Below are positions 11,737-26,209 of a stretch of DNA of 64,000 bases, piece after piece. Under the pieces are notes generated by a model, which saw only the letters and a list, made by a program, of their open reading frames with translations, was not told the origin of the DNA and searched no databases. The stretch comes from Eledone cirrhosa. Lineage: Eukaryota. The translations under genes and the position numbers were made by a program. The DNA lies in contig OZ024746.1 in the NCBI GenBank assembly GCA_964016885.1, positions 91,388,001-91,452,000 on the forward strand, read 5' to 3'. Every line of letters starts with the position of its first letter. Within the stretch, counting starts at the first letter, position 1.

Positions 11737-12146
11737 AATAAAAATGTGAACAATTTATTTTAAATGATCACGTATGATAAAATGAATGTTTCAGGTGGAT
11801 TTGTATTTAAAGTGGTTTTGTATTTAAAGTGGTTTTTAAAGAGTTTCACCTTAACATTTATTGACTCAGTTGAGAGAGAGGGGGATAGATAGAGAGAGAG
11901 AGAGGAGGGAGATAGTGAGTGGGGGGATAGATAGATAGAGAGGGGGATAGGTAGAGAGAGAGAGAGAGGTGATATATATATAGAGAGAGGGGGAATAGAG
12001 AGAGTGGGAGGGACAGATAGAGATAGAAAGAGAAAGGGGTAGAGTGAGAGCTACAGAGAGAGAGAGAGAGAGAGAGACAAGGTCTGCTATATTTGAAATC
12101 CAATTTCTAGAATCAGACATTATCAATTGTGTTATCAACTATCAAC

Positions 12147-13066
12147 TGTCATCTGCTGTACAACATAACACTCCACTATCATCTACTGTACAACATAACA
12201 CTCCACTATCATCTGCTGTACAACATAACACTCCACTATCATCTGCTGTACAACATAACACTCCACTATCATCTGCTGTACAACATAACACTCCACTATC
12301 ATCTGCTGTACAACATAACACTCCACTATCATCTACTGTACAACATAACACTCCACTATCATCTACTGTACAACATAACACTCCACTATCATCTACTGTA
12401 CAACATAACACTCCACTATCATCTACTGTACAACATAACACTCCACTATCATCTGCTGTACAACATAACACTCCACTATCATCTGCTGTACAACATAACA
12501 CTCCACTATCATCTACTGTACAACATAACACTCCACTATCATCTACTGTACAACATAACACTCCACTATCATCTGCTGTACAACATAACACTCCACTATC
12601 ATCTACTGTACAACATAACACTCCACTATCATCTGCTGTACAACATAACACTCCACTATCATCTACTGTACAACATAACACTCCACTATCATCTGCTGTA
12701 CAACATAACACTCCACTATCATCTGCTGTACAACATAACACTCCACTATCATCTGCTGTACAACATAACACTCCACTATCATCTACTGTACAACATAACA
12801 CTCCACTATCATCTACTGTACAACATAACACTCCACTATCATCTGCTGTACAACATAACACTCCACTATCATCTACTGTACAACATAACACTCCACTATC
12901 ATCTACTGTACAACATAACACTCCACTATCATCTGCTGTACAACATAACACTCCACTATCATCTGCTGTACAACATAACACTCCACTATCATCTGCTGTA
13001 CAACATAACACTCCACTATCATCTGCTGTACAACATAACACTCCACTATCATCTGCTGTACAACAT
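12147..13066. repeat. 30-bp minisatellite (~30 copies)
   Basis: Unit CTATCATCT(G/A)CTGTACAACATAACACTCCA with a single polymorphic site. Confidence 0.97.
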
Positions 13067-13069
13067 GCT

Positions 13070-13820
13070 GTACAGTACCTAGTAGTGCTATCTTGTGTAT
13101 ATTGTATATATTTGTGGTACTCTATATAATATATATACAGTACCTAGTAGTGCTATCTTGTGTATATTGTATATATTTGTGGTACTCTATATAATATATA
13201 TACAGTACCTAGTAGTGCTATCTCTTGTATATTGTATATATTTGTGGTACTCTATATAATATATATACAGTACCTAGTAGTGCTATCTTGTGTATATTGT
13301 ATATATTTGTGGTACTCTATATAATATATATACAGTACCTAGTAGTGCTATCTTGTGTATATTGTATATATTTGTGGTACTCTATATAATATATATACAG
13401 TACCTAGTAGTGCTATCTCTTGTATATTGTATATATTTGTAAGTCCTGTGGTACTCTATATAATATATATACAGTACCTAGTAGTGCTATCTTTTGTATG
13501 TTGTATATATTTGTAAGTCCTGAGGTACTCTATATAATATATATACAGTACCTAGTAGTGGTATCTTTTGTATATTGTATATATTTGTAAGTCCTGAGGT
13601 ACTCTATATAATATATATACAGTACCTAGTAGTGCTATCTTTTGTATATTGTATATATTTGTAAGTCCTGTGATTTTGGTCATGTATTTGTCTGGTTTTT
13701 TTTTATCATTCGTAGAGCACCTATTATTATAGGTATTGTTTCTGTCTTCAACATCCACATAAGGGTTATTTCTATCTCTAGATCTTTATATTTGGAGAGT
13801 TACTCCATTTCCTTTGAGGA
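13070..13820 (-). mobile_element. R4/Dong-like non-LTR retrotransposon RLE C-terminal fragment with tandem amplification
   Basis: RC translates KEME*LSKYKDLEIEITLMWMLKTETIPIIIGAL...GLTNIYNIQKIALLGT. The last 65/74 bp are repeated ~9x (13070-13670). Confidence 0.8.
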
Positions 13821-14327
13821 GGAAGATGAGGGTGGAGAGAAAAGTGGGTCAAGTGATGCTCTTGAGCTTGTAGAGTGGAGGAGTACTGAGACAGGGCACT
13901 TACCCTAAAGATCTGGGCATCTGTGGTTTTATGGGGTTTTTTCCATGAATGACCCTTGAATGGCCCTAGCGAGGGACCTTCTTTGTTTTAATTTAATTTT
14001 TTTTTTTTACAATGTTAAAATTTGTTTTCATGCAAATCCCACACACCAACACACACACATACACACACACACACACACACCCACCAACACACACACACCA
14101 ACACACACACACCAACACACACACATATACACACACCAACACACACACATATACACACACCAGCACATTCATATATACACACAGCAACACACACACCAAC
14201 ACACACACACACACACACATCAACACACACACATACACACACCAACACACACTCTGTTTTCATCCTGTGTCATAATGTTTTTCTTGATGTAAACCCTTTG
14301 TGGTTAATAAATAAACCATTGTAGTAC

Positions 14328-14459
14328 AGTTACGTCCCTTTACGGACTGAGTTCAAATCCCGCCGAGGTTGACTTTGCCTTTCATCCTTACGGGGTCGAT
14401 AAAATAAAGTACCAGTAATGTACTGAGTAATTGCTGGCCTTGTGCCTAAAGTAGAAACA

Positions 14460-14509
<50 letters not shown>

Positions 14510-14510
14510 C
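14328..14510 (+). mobile_element. SINE family A, 5'-truncated, with (ATT)n tail
   Basis: GAGTTCAAATCCCGCCGAGG...GGGGTCGATAAAATAAAGTACCAG...GTAGAAAC(AAT/ATT)n. More copies at ~15155-15300(+), 15768-15960(-), 15985-16211(-), 18983-19170(+), 25982-26175(-). Confidence 0.85.
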
Positions 14511-15499
14511 TTTATTATCGTTTAATTAATTAATTAATTAATTAATTAATTAATTAATAGGCACATCAATGAATAAACATCAATTTCAGGTTGTAAATTA
14601 GTATTAATTTCAAATAGTCATGAAAGTAACCCCCTCTCTCTCTCCACAACCCCCTCCCCATCTCCACAACCCCCTCCCCATCTCACCCCTCCCCATCTCA
14701 ACACCCCCTTCCCATCTCAACATCCCCTCCCCCTATCACCATTTATTATTTATTTCTATTATTTTGTTGGCAATACTTTTATTTTTATTTATATTTGTTT
14801 TTGGTTTTCGATAGTTTTTTTCTGTGTTTTTTATTAGAGGTTAACATTCTGCATTATAAATGACTCCCTTTATTATATTATGACTGTGTGAAATGAACCT
14901 AAAAGTTCCCTTATGTAGTCACTTGACCATCATGAAATAGCAGCCAAATCTTCCTCAGATTACACACTCAACATTGTAACATTGTATAATGTAGTCACTT
15001 CTAAACATGTAATGCCTAAGAAAATGATGAGTTGCGATGGTCATAATTGGAAGATTTTTATTATAGGCCTTGCTTAGTCAGGATTAACCCCTTTGAAACG
15101 AGCCCTGGAGTTATGTAGCAACACAGTTTATATTAAAGGGTCATAATTTGCAGGCAATGAATTGGCAGTATTGTTCTGAGTTCAAATCCTGCCTCTCATC
15201 CTTACAGGTTGATAAAATAAAGTACCAGTAATACACTGAGGTTGATATAATAGACTTTCCACTCCCCCAAATTACTGGCCTTGTGCCTAAAGTAGAAATC
15301 TAAACTGTAATAAAGGGAGGAGTGCGGGAGAGCATCTAGAATATATTTTTTTACCCAGTTTGTAAAATAAGTTGGATTACTTTGAATAAATAATGAATGA
15401 ATATTACATAATTTATCTACGAAATTTCATTATTCTTGAATATATATAAATAATTATGTCGCTGGTTTTTAAGATTCACTTCTTTAAAATTTTCAAATG

Positions 15500-15570
15500 T
15501 CAACACTTCCGGTTAGCAATGGCTTCAATAAACATTTATATATTTCCGTCAATGGACTACGTTACTGATT
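15500..15570. promoter_or_regulatory. possible promoter-like segment (ETS site)
   Basis: CACTTCCGG at 15504-15512 and GACTAC at 15555 in unique, locally CpG-retaining sequence. Confidence 0.2.
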
Positions 15571-16329
15571 ACAGAAGACAGTGTAACGCAGTCTTCATTC
15601 AATTTCTGTGTATATTGTCAATTTTATTTGATGTATCATATCTACATGTATATATATTTGTGTTTAATATCAATATACACACTACACATACCAGCAGAAA
15701 ACCACCCCAAGTCATTATAATTTTAGTAAAAACTTTTGTTATCTTCCAAACACCAGCACAATAATTGCTTCTACTTTTGACACAAGACCAGCAATTTAAA
15801 GGGAAGGGAAAGCTGATAAATCGACCCCAGTCCATTACTGGTACTTTGTTTTATTGACTGCGTAAGGATGAAAGATAAAGCTAACCTTGGCAGGATTTGA
15901 ACTCAGAATGTAAAGGGATGTAACTATATGCTGCAAAGCATGTTGTCTAACTCTCTACTGCTCTCAAACATCAGCTTAATAATAATTTCAAATTAAGGCA
16001 CAGTTCCAACAATTTGTGGTGGGGGGGGGGGTAATTAGGTCGACCCCCCACCCACTCCAGTATATGACTGGTTCATTATTTTATTGACCTTTGAAGTATG
16101 AAAGGCAAAGTTGACCTCAGCAGGATTTGAGCTCAGAACATAAAGAGCCATAATTAAATGCTGAAGAGCATGTTGTCTGATGCTCTACCAATTCTGCTGA
16201 TCCACCGCCCTAATTATGAAAATCAAAAACATTATTTTACTAGACATTGTGTTTCATTAGAAATCGGGTAAGAAAAGGGTTAAATCACATCTAAAAAAAA
16301 AAAAAAAAGTTGGTCCTCAACTGTGAGGC

Positions 16330-16585
16330 ACTTCAGACTGGAGCATATCCGAGTTTCCATGGTATTAAGTGATTGAGAGTTCAACACCCCACCCACCCCT
16401 CCCTGGATAGAACACCAGTCCACCACAGGGTTAATCTCCCTGCTATTACTGGTACTCATTTGAGTATACTGGAGCAACATGAAATAAAGTGTTTTGCTCA
16501 AGAACAGAACACACATCCCAGTCCAGGAATCAAACCCACGACATTATGATCGTAAGTCCAACACCCTTACCACTAGGCCATGGAC
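16330..16585 (-). mobile_element. tRNA-derived SINE: family-B head with a distinct 3' body
   Basis: RC has A box TGGCCTAGTGG, B box GTTTGATTCC and TTGAGCAAAACACTTTATTTCA, then GGTGGACTGGTGTTCTATCCAGGG body. Confidence 0.7.
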
Positions 16586-17576
16586 CTTTACTTTGTAATA
16601 AGCTTTGTAAAAATATGAAGCGGTGACTTTCTCTGATGTGTCTAACCAGCTGTCTTTGGTACACACATATTTCTGCTTCCCATGTTGACTACTGTGAAAA
16701 AGGTTGTTATAGTATTTCTACTATTTCTACTATTTGTTTAGTATTAATATATAAGAGCTCATCAGCCAACATCTAGCAGACATGGTTAGTACCCCACATG
16801 ATGAATTTTCTGAGTAATCTGCCATCTCAGGGATCAATCATACTTGACATAGATGTCAGCTGATGTTTACAGCACCAGTTGACATAGATGAATATTTCAT
16901 TAGAGAAACTACTCTTGTATAAACTTACATTCTCTCTCACCTCTCACTCTCTTATCTCTCTCTCTTACCTTTCCCACCTCTCTTTCACCTCTCCCTCACT
17001 TCTCCCACCTATCTTTCACTTCTCCCACCTCTTTCTCTCCTCTCCCACCTCTTTCTCTCCTCTCCCACCTCTCTCTCTCTCCTCTCCCACCTCTCTCTCT
17101 CTCCTCTCCCACCTCTCTCTCTCTCCTCTCCCACCTCTATCTCTCTCACTTCTCCCACCTCTTTCTCACTTCTCCCACCTCTTTCTCTCTTCTCCCACTT
17201 CTCTTTCTCCACCCCCTCACCTGTCTTCTCCTCCTCTCTCTATCTCTCTCTCCACACACACATCTCCCCCTCTCTCATTGCCAATTCAACTTCTCATCTA
17301 TTTTCCATACTAAATGGCTTCCACTGTTAACTCTGCTCAAGTGAACATTTTTATTACACATTTGAAAAAAAAAAAACTCTCTCTTTCTCCTCTCTCTCGT
17401 TCCTTTATGGTTGGATGCCTTCTTAAACAAGAGCTCTTCTGTCGGAAAGGAACATTCTCTCTCTAGACCCTATATTTTCTTTACATATATATCCCTATCA
17501 GTCTGTCGTTTCTCACTGCTTTCTAATTAACTTCCACTTCTTTGAAGACAGTTTAAATATTTTTTCTCAGGCTAAT

Positions 17577-18420
17577 AATGTTCTTGATTTCAACTCTGAA
17601 TACCACATGTTCACTCCATGGTTACCTCTCTATTACACTATTTCACCTCAGAATACCACATGTTCTCTCCATGGTTACCTCTCTATTATTACACTATTTC
17701 ACCTCAGAACACCACATGTTCACTCCATGGTTACCTCTCTATTATTACACTATTTCAACTCTGAATACCACATGTTCACTCCATGGTTACCTCTCTATTA
17801 TTACACTATTTCACCTCTGAATACCACATGTTCTCTCCATGGTTACCCCTCTATTATTACTTGATTTCACCTCTGAATACCACATGTTCACTCCATGGTT
17901 ACCTCTCCATTATTACATTATTTCACCTCAGAATACCACATGTTCACTCCATGGTTACCTCTCTATTATTACACTATTTCACCTCAGAATACTACATGTT
18001 CACTCCATGGTTACCTACCCCCTCTATTATTACTTGATTTCACCTCAGAATACCACATGTTCTCTCAATGGTTACCTCTCTATTATTACACTATTTCACC
18101 TCAGAATACCACATGTTCACTCCATGGTTACCTCTCTAATATTACATTATTTCACCTCTGAATACCACATGCTCACTCCATGGTTACCCCACTATTATTA
18201 CTTGATTTCACCTCTGAATACCACATGTTCGCTCCATGGTTACCTCTCTATTATTACACTATTTCACCTCAGAATACCACATGTTCGCTCCATGGTTACC
18301 TCTCTATTATTACACTATTTCACCTCTGAATACCACATTTTCACTCCATGGTTACCTCTCTATTATTACTTGATTTCACCTCATAATACCACATGTTCAC
18401 TCCATGGTTACCTCTCTATT
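17577..18420. repeat. 56-bp minisatellite (~15 copies)
   Basis: Unit ATTTCACCTCAGAATACCACATGTTCACTCCATGGTTACCTCTCTATTATTACACT. Confidence 0.95.
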
Positions 18421-18495
18421 ATATTATTACTTGCAATGCAGCAGACACTACTTCAATCTTATGTTTCATGTAATTAAGGGAGAAGGAAGGAAGAG

Positions 18496-18760
18496 GTGAC
18501 CTGTGGCAGTGGATACCTCTGGTGTTCTTGTGTCTGTGACAGTGGGTACCTCTGGTGTTCTTGTGTCTGTGACAGTGGGTACCTCTGGTGTTCTTGTGTC
18601 TGTGACAGTGGGTACCTCTGGTGTTCTTGTGTCTGTGACAGTGGGTACCTCTGGTGTTCTTGTGTCTGTGACAGTGGGTATCTCTGGTGTTCTTGTGTCT
18701 GTAGCAGTGGGTACCTCTGGTGTTCTTGTGTCTGTAGCAGTGGGTACCTCTGGTGTTCTT
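18496..18760. repeat. 36-bp minisatellite (~7 copies)
   Basis: Unit CAGTGGGTACCTCTGGTGTTCTTGTGTCTGTGA-type. Confidence 0.9.
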
Positions 18761-19349
18761 GGCCTCCTGCCCACATTCCTACTCCTATCAGAGTGGAGGT
18801 GGTTATCTGCAAGTGTGAACGCGAAGAGGTGGAGTGGTTGTTCTAGCACCCCTCTCATCATCCTGTCTTCTGGGACCACAGCACGTCTCTCAGCCTACTG
18901 TCTTCTGGGACCACAAGACAGACAGACCCTTCATGATGATCCAGTATAAAGCCCTTCCTCACTATACCATCATGCACAGGAATGGTGGTTTGGCAGTATT
19001 GATAGAGCAGCAGACGCCATGCTTTGAAGCATAGAGTTGCATCCCTTTATGATCTGAGTTCAAATCCCGTCCAAGTTAACTTTGCCTTTCATCCTTACGG
19101 GGGTCGATAAAATAAAGTAGCAGTAATGCACTGGGATAATTGCTGGCCTTGTGCCAAAAGTAGAATCAATTATTTGATGTCATGGGATCTTTGAATGATG
19201 TGAATGGCTGACTGTAGCCTTAAAAGGTGACATGATAGCAAAACACTGTAAGTTACTTGCTGGCCTAAAACCATATCCAACACACACAAGACTTAAGCTG
19301 ATGTTTGATAACTATGTATGTATAATCTGTCTATGTATATATATATATA

Positions 19350-19380
<31 letters not shown>

Positions 19381-19385
19381 TGTGA

Positions 19386-19817
19386 AGGCGCATGGCTTCG
19401 TGGTTAGAGCATTGGACTTGCAATCGAAAAGTTGTGAATCAATTCTTGGACCGGGTGAAGTATTGTTTACTTGAGCAAAACACTTTATTTCACATTGCTC
19501 CAGTTTACTCAGCTGTAGAAATGAGATGATAGGACTGGGGTCCATATCATTCCACTGCAAAGTGGTCGTGGAGGTGCCACGGCAAAAAAGCACCCAGCCC
19601 ACACTGTAAAAGTGGACATATAGGCACACGGAAGAAAAGCACCCAGCACTGTAAATGAGGTTGGAGTTAGGAAGGGCATCCAGCTGTAGAAATCAAGCCA
19701 GAATCAGTTCCCGTATGAGCAAGACAAGGTTAGCCAACCGGACACTGCCCATAACAGGACAACCCGTCTAACCCATGCTAGGATGGAAGAACGGACGTAA
19801 AATGATGATGACGATGA

Positions 19818-19820
<3 letters not shown>
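19386..19820 (+). mobile_element. SINE family B with RTE-1-type tail
   Basis: tRNA-like head GGCGCATGGCTTCGTGGTTAGAGC, TTGAGCAAAACACTT domain, and tail GTTAGGAAGGGCATCCAGC...CCGTCTAACCCATGCTAG...ACGTAAAA(TGA)n matching the 3' UTR of the LINE at 2397. Confidence 0.85.
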
Positions 19821-19886
<66 letters not shown>

Positions 19887-19891
<5 letters not shown>

Positions 19892-20160
19892 ATACTTGAG
19901 GAGGGTCATATTGTTATAATATTGCCAGAAATAATAACAGAACACACTCACTGTTTGGTTGGTTTTCGCTTCTGTATCTTTTATATCTCCATAGTTAATT
20001 TATTTGGCAATCAATGTTTATCTGTGGTTAAAAATACAGATATAAATATACATATAGAGTGTAAGAAAGTTCTTTTGTCACATATTTGCAACATCATCAG
20101 TGGTACTATTATGTTTCCTCCCATTGTATTGTAAAGTCTATGCCATTTTTATTTAATTAT
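19887..20160 (-). mobile_element. ribozyme-element family H1 copy with inactivated hammerhead (20062-20105)
   Basis: RC: TACCA-CTGATGA-TGTTGCAAATATGTGAC-AAAA-GAAC-TT (GAAA->AAAA). Colinear with 45870-46145. Lies between (TA)n tracts. Confidence 0.7.
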
Positions 20161-20227
20161 TTATATATATATTAGTCTAACCTATGCAAACATGGGAAAG
20201 CAGATGTAAAAACGATGATGATGATAA

Positions 20228-20279
<52 letters not shown>

Positions 20280-20405
20280 ATGTGTATATATATATGTATA
20301 TGTATATATGTGTGTATATATATATATGTATATGTATGTATATGTATATATGTATGTATGTATGTATATATGAATATATATGTATGCATGTAGATATATG
20401 TATGC

Positions 20406-20442
<37 letters not shown>

Positions 20443-20786
20443 AAATAGAAAGCAGCTGGTACTTAGATCAGTGATTCCATTTCTGTTTTTCTTCTAATTA
20501 TTGTTGTTGTTCTGATTAAGGAGAGTTATAGTTTGAGAAAACAATATGAGTTAGTCTAACGACAGGGTATGTTTTGCTTTGGCTGCAGTTATTGATAAAA
20601 GTAATCTAGACACTGACAAACGTTGGTGGTCATGGGGGGGGGGGGGGGGGCAGTACTCCTTCCAGTAGGTCCTGTCAGAAGCCACAGCTCCAATTAATCT
20701 GGTTGGATCCACAAACAAAATTGAGTTCATGGATGTTAGCCAACCATCTTGCTCGGGGTCTACTCCTGGCTCTCCTGCTAGTTGGT

Positions 20787-21014
20787 TTAACCTTTTACCA
20801 TTTACATTACTCTATATATACTATTGTATTTTCACAGTAAAGTCTTTACCTCACATAATATCTCACATAATATTGAATCTATAAGATTTTGATATTATTT
20901 ATTTTGAGAACAATACCTTAATATCAGTATGAGTGGCCAGCTACAGCTGGTTTGAACAGAAAGAGGTGAGATAATTCTGGCCAGGTATGGCTGGTTTAAA
21001 TGCTAAAGGGTTAA
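20787..21014 (+). mobile_element. complete M1 MITE with TTAA flanks (piggyBac-like ends)
   Basis: TTAA|CCTTTTACCATTTA ... TAAATGCTAAAGGG|TTAA. Confidence 0.8.
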
Positions 21015-21211
21015 CCAAGCTTGCATGATAAATGAAGATTGAGACCGTTACTTCTGAGTTGGAGGGGTTAGGGACAGAAGAAGAATCTGCCTGTAAAAAC
21101 TGTTGCTCCCAAAGTCTACATACATTGCAGTGTACAACAACAACAACAACAGCCATGCAACTGTCGACAAATTGATGGACAACCTTAAAGAAAATCAATT
21201 ATCAAATAAGA

Positions 21212-21712
21212 ATCACCATCATTATCACTACCAACAACACTATCATCATCATTATCATCATCAACACTGCCATCACCATCACCATCATCATCACCACCAA
21301 TACCACCACCACCACCACTATCACCACCACCACCATTATCACCACCACCACCACCTCCATTATCATCATCACCACCACCACCACCACCATTATCATCACC
21401 ACCACCATCATCACCACCAAAACTACCACCACTCCATCACCACCGCCACCACCATTATCATCAACACCACCACCATCATCATTATCATCGCCGCCAACAT
21501 CACCACCACCACCATCATCACCACCACCACCATTATCATCATCATCATCACCACCACCACCACCACCACCATCATCATCATTATCATCACCACCATCACC
21601 ATCATCACCACCACCTCCATTATCCCCGGCACCACCATCATCATCATTATCATCACCACCATCATCACCACCACCACCATTATCACCACCACCACCACCA
21701 CCATTATCATCA
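21212..21712. repeat. (CAC/CAT)n trinucleotide low-complexity tract
   Basis: Direct inspection. Confidence 0.95.
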
Positions 21713-21860
21713 TTGTTTTTATAAACACATGGGACTTCTCCAGTTTTACAGACAAATGCCGTTCCTGATTTCACCCTATTTAGTCACCTTTTATGATGTC
21801 TCTATTCTGAAATAATAATACAACCCCTCAGATGATATATCAAACAATTACTACCCAGAA

Positions 21861-22345
21861 TCATCATCATCATCACCGTTTTACGTTCATTTTTCCATGC
21901 TAGCATGGGTTAGACGAGTTGTCCTGTTGTGGGCTTTGCTAGGTCAGGTGACCTTGTCTTGCTCATATAGAACTCATTTTGGCTTGGTTTCTGCAGCTGA
22001 TGCCCTTCCTAACACCAACCTCATTTACAGTGAGTACTGGGTACTTTTTGTCGTGACACCTACATGACCCCTCTACAGAGTGGACTTGGTGCTTTTTGTT
22101 GTGACACCTAAATGACCCCTCTACAGAGTGGACTAGGTGCTTTTTGTCGTGACACGTACATGACCCCTCTACAGATTGGACTAGGTGCTTTTTGTCGTGA
22201 CACCTACATGACCTCTCTACAGAGTGGACTTGGTGCTTTTTGTTGTGACACCTACATGACCCTCTACAGAGTGGACTTGGTGCTTTTTGTTGTGACACAT
22301 ACATGACCTTCTACAGAGTGGACTTGGTGCTTTTTGTCTTGACAC
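21861..22345 (-). mobile_element. RTE-1 3' UTR / SINE-B tail fragment with 48-bp internal tandem repeats
   Basis: (CAT)n-CGTTTTACGTTCATTTTTCCATGCTAGCATGGGTTAGACG...TGCCCTTCCTAACACCAACC, then ~6 copies of GTGACACCTACATGACCCCTCTACAGAGTGGACTTGGTGCTTTTT. Confidence 0.75.
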
Positions 22346-22562
22346 TTATAGTATATATGAAACACAATCATCACCACTACTTAACACAGTGTATAGTATA
22401 AAATAACAACACATCATCAACACAGCTTGTATTCTATATATATATATATACACCTGCCATCCAATATTATTTCACCATCCAACACAGTATGTACTATTAC
22501 ATAATCAACACATCATAAACATCCACACAGCTTGCATTCTTTGCAGTTACCCTCCAATATTA

Positions 22563-25500
22563 TTACACAACTCACACACCAGATACTCTACACAAACACC
22601 ACCTGTCACTCTAATGCATTACACAACTCACATACCAGATACTCTACACAAACACCTCCTGTCACTCTAATGCAATACACCAATCACACACCAGATACTC
22701 TACACAAACACCTCCTGTCACTCTAATGCAATACACCAATCACACACCAGATACTCTACACAAACACCTCCTGTCACTCTAATACAATACACCAATCACA
22801 CACCAGATACTCTACACAAACACCTCCTGTCACTCTAATACAATACACCAATCACACACCAGATACTCTACACAAACACCTCCTGTCACTCTAATGCAAT
22901 ACACCAATCACACACCAGATACTCTACACAAACACCTCCTGTCACTCTAATACAATACACCAATCACACACCAGATACTCTACACAAACACCACCTGTCA
23001 CTCTAATACAATACACAACTCACACACCAGATACTCTACACAAACACCACCTGTCACTCTAATGCAATACACCAATCACACACCAGATACTCTACACAAA
23101 CACCTCCTGTCACTCTAATGCAATACACCAATCACACACCAGATACTCTACACAAACACCTCCTGTCACTCTAATACAATACACCAATCACACACCAGAT
23201 ACTCTACACAAACACCTCCTGTCACTCTAATACAATACACCAATCACACACCAGATACTCTACACAAACACCTCCTGTCACTCTAATGCAATACACCAAT
23301 CACACACCAGATACTCTACACAAACACCTCCTGTCACTCTAATACAATACACCAATCACACACCAGATACTCTACACAAACACCACCTGTCACTCTAATA
23401 CAATACACAACTCACACACCAGATACTCTACACAAACACCACCTGTCACTCTAATGCAATACACCAATCACACACCAGATACTCTACACAAACACCACCT
23501 GTCACTCTAATGCAATACACCAATCACACACCAGATACTCTACACAAACACCTCCTGTCACTCTAATGCAATACACCAATCACACACCAGATACTCTACA
23601 CAAACACCTCCTGTCACTCTAATGCAATACACCAATCACACACCAGATACTCTACACAAACACCACCTGTCACTCTAATGCAATACACCAATCACACACC
23701 AGATACTCTACACAAACACCTCCTGTCACTCTAATACAATACACCAATCACACACCAGATACTCTACACAAACACCTCCTGTCACTCTAATACAATACAC
23801 CAATCACACACCAGATACTCTACACAAACACCACCTGTCACTCTAATGCAATACACCAATCACACACCAGATACTCTACACAAACACCACCTGTCACTCT
23901 AATACAATACACCAATCACGCACCAGATACTCTACACAAACACCACCTGTCACTCTAATACAATACACCAATCACACACCAGATACTCTACACAAACACC
24001 ACCTGTCACTCTAATACAATACACAACTCACACACCAGATACTCTACACAAACACCTCCTGTCACTCTAATACAATACACCAATCACACACCAGATACTC
24101 TACACAAACACCTCCTGTCACTCTAATGCAATACACCAATCACACACCAGATACTCTACACAAACACCTCCTGTCACTCTAATGCAATACACCAATCACA
24201 CACCAGATACTCTACACAAACACCTGTCACTCTAATACAATACACAACTCACACACCAGATACTCTACACAAACACCTCCTGTCACTCTAATACAATACA
24301 CCAATCACACACCAGATACTCTACACAAACACCTCCTGTCACTCTAATACAATACACCAATCACACACCAGATACTCTACACAAACACCTCCTGTCACTC
24401 TAATACAATACACAACTCACACACCAGATACTCTACACAAACACCTCCTGTCACTCTAATACAATACACCAATCACACACCAGATACTCTACACAAACAC
24501 CACCTGTCACTCTAATACAATACACCAATCACACACCAGATACTCTACACAAACACCACCTGTCACTCTAATACAATACACAACTCACACACCAGATACT
24601 CTACACAAACACCACCTGTCACTCTAATGCAATACACCAATCACACACCAGATACTCTACACAAACACCACCTGTCACTCTAATGCAATACACCAATCAC
24701 ACACCAGATACTCTACACAAACACCACCTGTCACACTAATACAATACACAACTCACACTCCAGATACTCTACACAAACACCACCTGTCACTCTAATGCAA
24801 TACACCAATCACACACCAGATACTCTACACAAACACCTCCTGTCACTCTAATACAATACACCAATCACACACCAGATACTCTACACAAACACCACCTGTC
24901 ACTCTAATACAATACACAACTCACACACCAGATACTCTACACAAACACCACCTGTCACTTTAATGCAATACACCAATCACACACCAGATACTCTACACAA
25001 ACACCACCTGTCACTCTAATACAATACACCAATCACACACCAGATACTCTACACAAACACCACCTGTCACTCTAATACAATACACCAATCACACACCAGA
25101 TACTCTACACAAACACCACCTGTCACTCTAATACAATACACCAATCACACACCAGATACTCTACACAAACACCTCCTGTCACTCTAATACAATACACAAC
25201 TCACATACCAGATACTCTACACAAACACCTCCTGTCACTCTAATACAATACACCAATCACACACCAGATACTCTACACAAACACCACCTGTCACTCTAAT
25301 ACAATACACAACTCACATACCAGATACTCTACACAAACACCTCCTGTCACTCTAATACAATACACCAATCACACACCAGATACTCTACACAAACACCTCC
25401 TGTCACTCTAATACAATACACCAATCACACACCAGATACTCTACACAAACACCACCTGTCACTCTAATACAATACACAACTCACATACCAGATACTCTAC

Positions 25501-25930
25501 ACAAACACCTCCTGTCACTCTAATACAATACACCAATCACACACCAGATACTCTACACAAACACCACCTGTCACTCTAATACAATACACAACTCACATAC
25601 CAGATACTCTACACAAACACCTCCTGTCACTCTAATACAATACACCAATCACACACCAGATACTCTACACAAACACCACCTGTCACTCTAATACAATACA
25701 CCAATCACACACCAGATACTCTACACAAACACCACCTGTCACTCTAATACAATACACAACTCACATACCAGATACTCTACACAAACACCTCCTGTCACTC
25801 TAATACAATACACCAATCACACACCAGATACTCTACACAAACACCTCCTGTCACTCTAATGCAATACACCAATCACACACCAGATACTCTACACAAACAC
25901 CTGTCACTCTAATACAATACACAACTCACA
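22563..25930. repeat. 56-bp minisatellite (~60 copies)
   Basis: Unit CACCAGATACTCTACACAAACACC(T/A)CCTGTCACTCTAAT(G/A)CAATACACCAATCACA. Confidence 0.97.
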
Positions 25931-26209
25931 CAACACTTACCCAATGCAGCAGGAAAATATAACTAACATGATAATAAATTCTTTTCACTTTAGGAACAAG
26001 GCCAGAAATTCTGGGGGAGGGGAAGTCGATTAAATTGACCCTAGTGTATTACTGGTGCTTTATTTTATCGACCCTGTAGAGATGAAAGACAAAGCTAGCT
26101 TCAGGGATTTGAATGCAGAACGTAAAGGGACGTAAATATATGCTGCAAAGCATGATGTCTGGCCCTCTACCAATACACCATTATAATAATTGTTTCTACC
26201 TTTGGCACA

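Noticed and set aside
12044-13129. 361-aa, 317-aa and 299-aa ORFs
   Set aside because: Translations of a 30-bp stop-free tandem repeat, open on both strands
18466-18879. PEVPTVTDTRT repeat protein
   Set aside because: 36-bp minisatellite open in many frames; no independent coding evidence
21103-21774. His-rich / poly-Gly ORFs
   Set aside because: (CAC/CAT)n microsatellite
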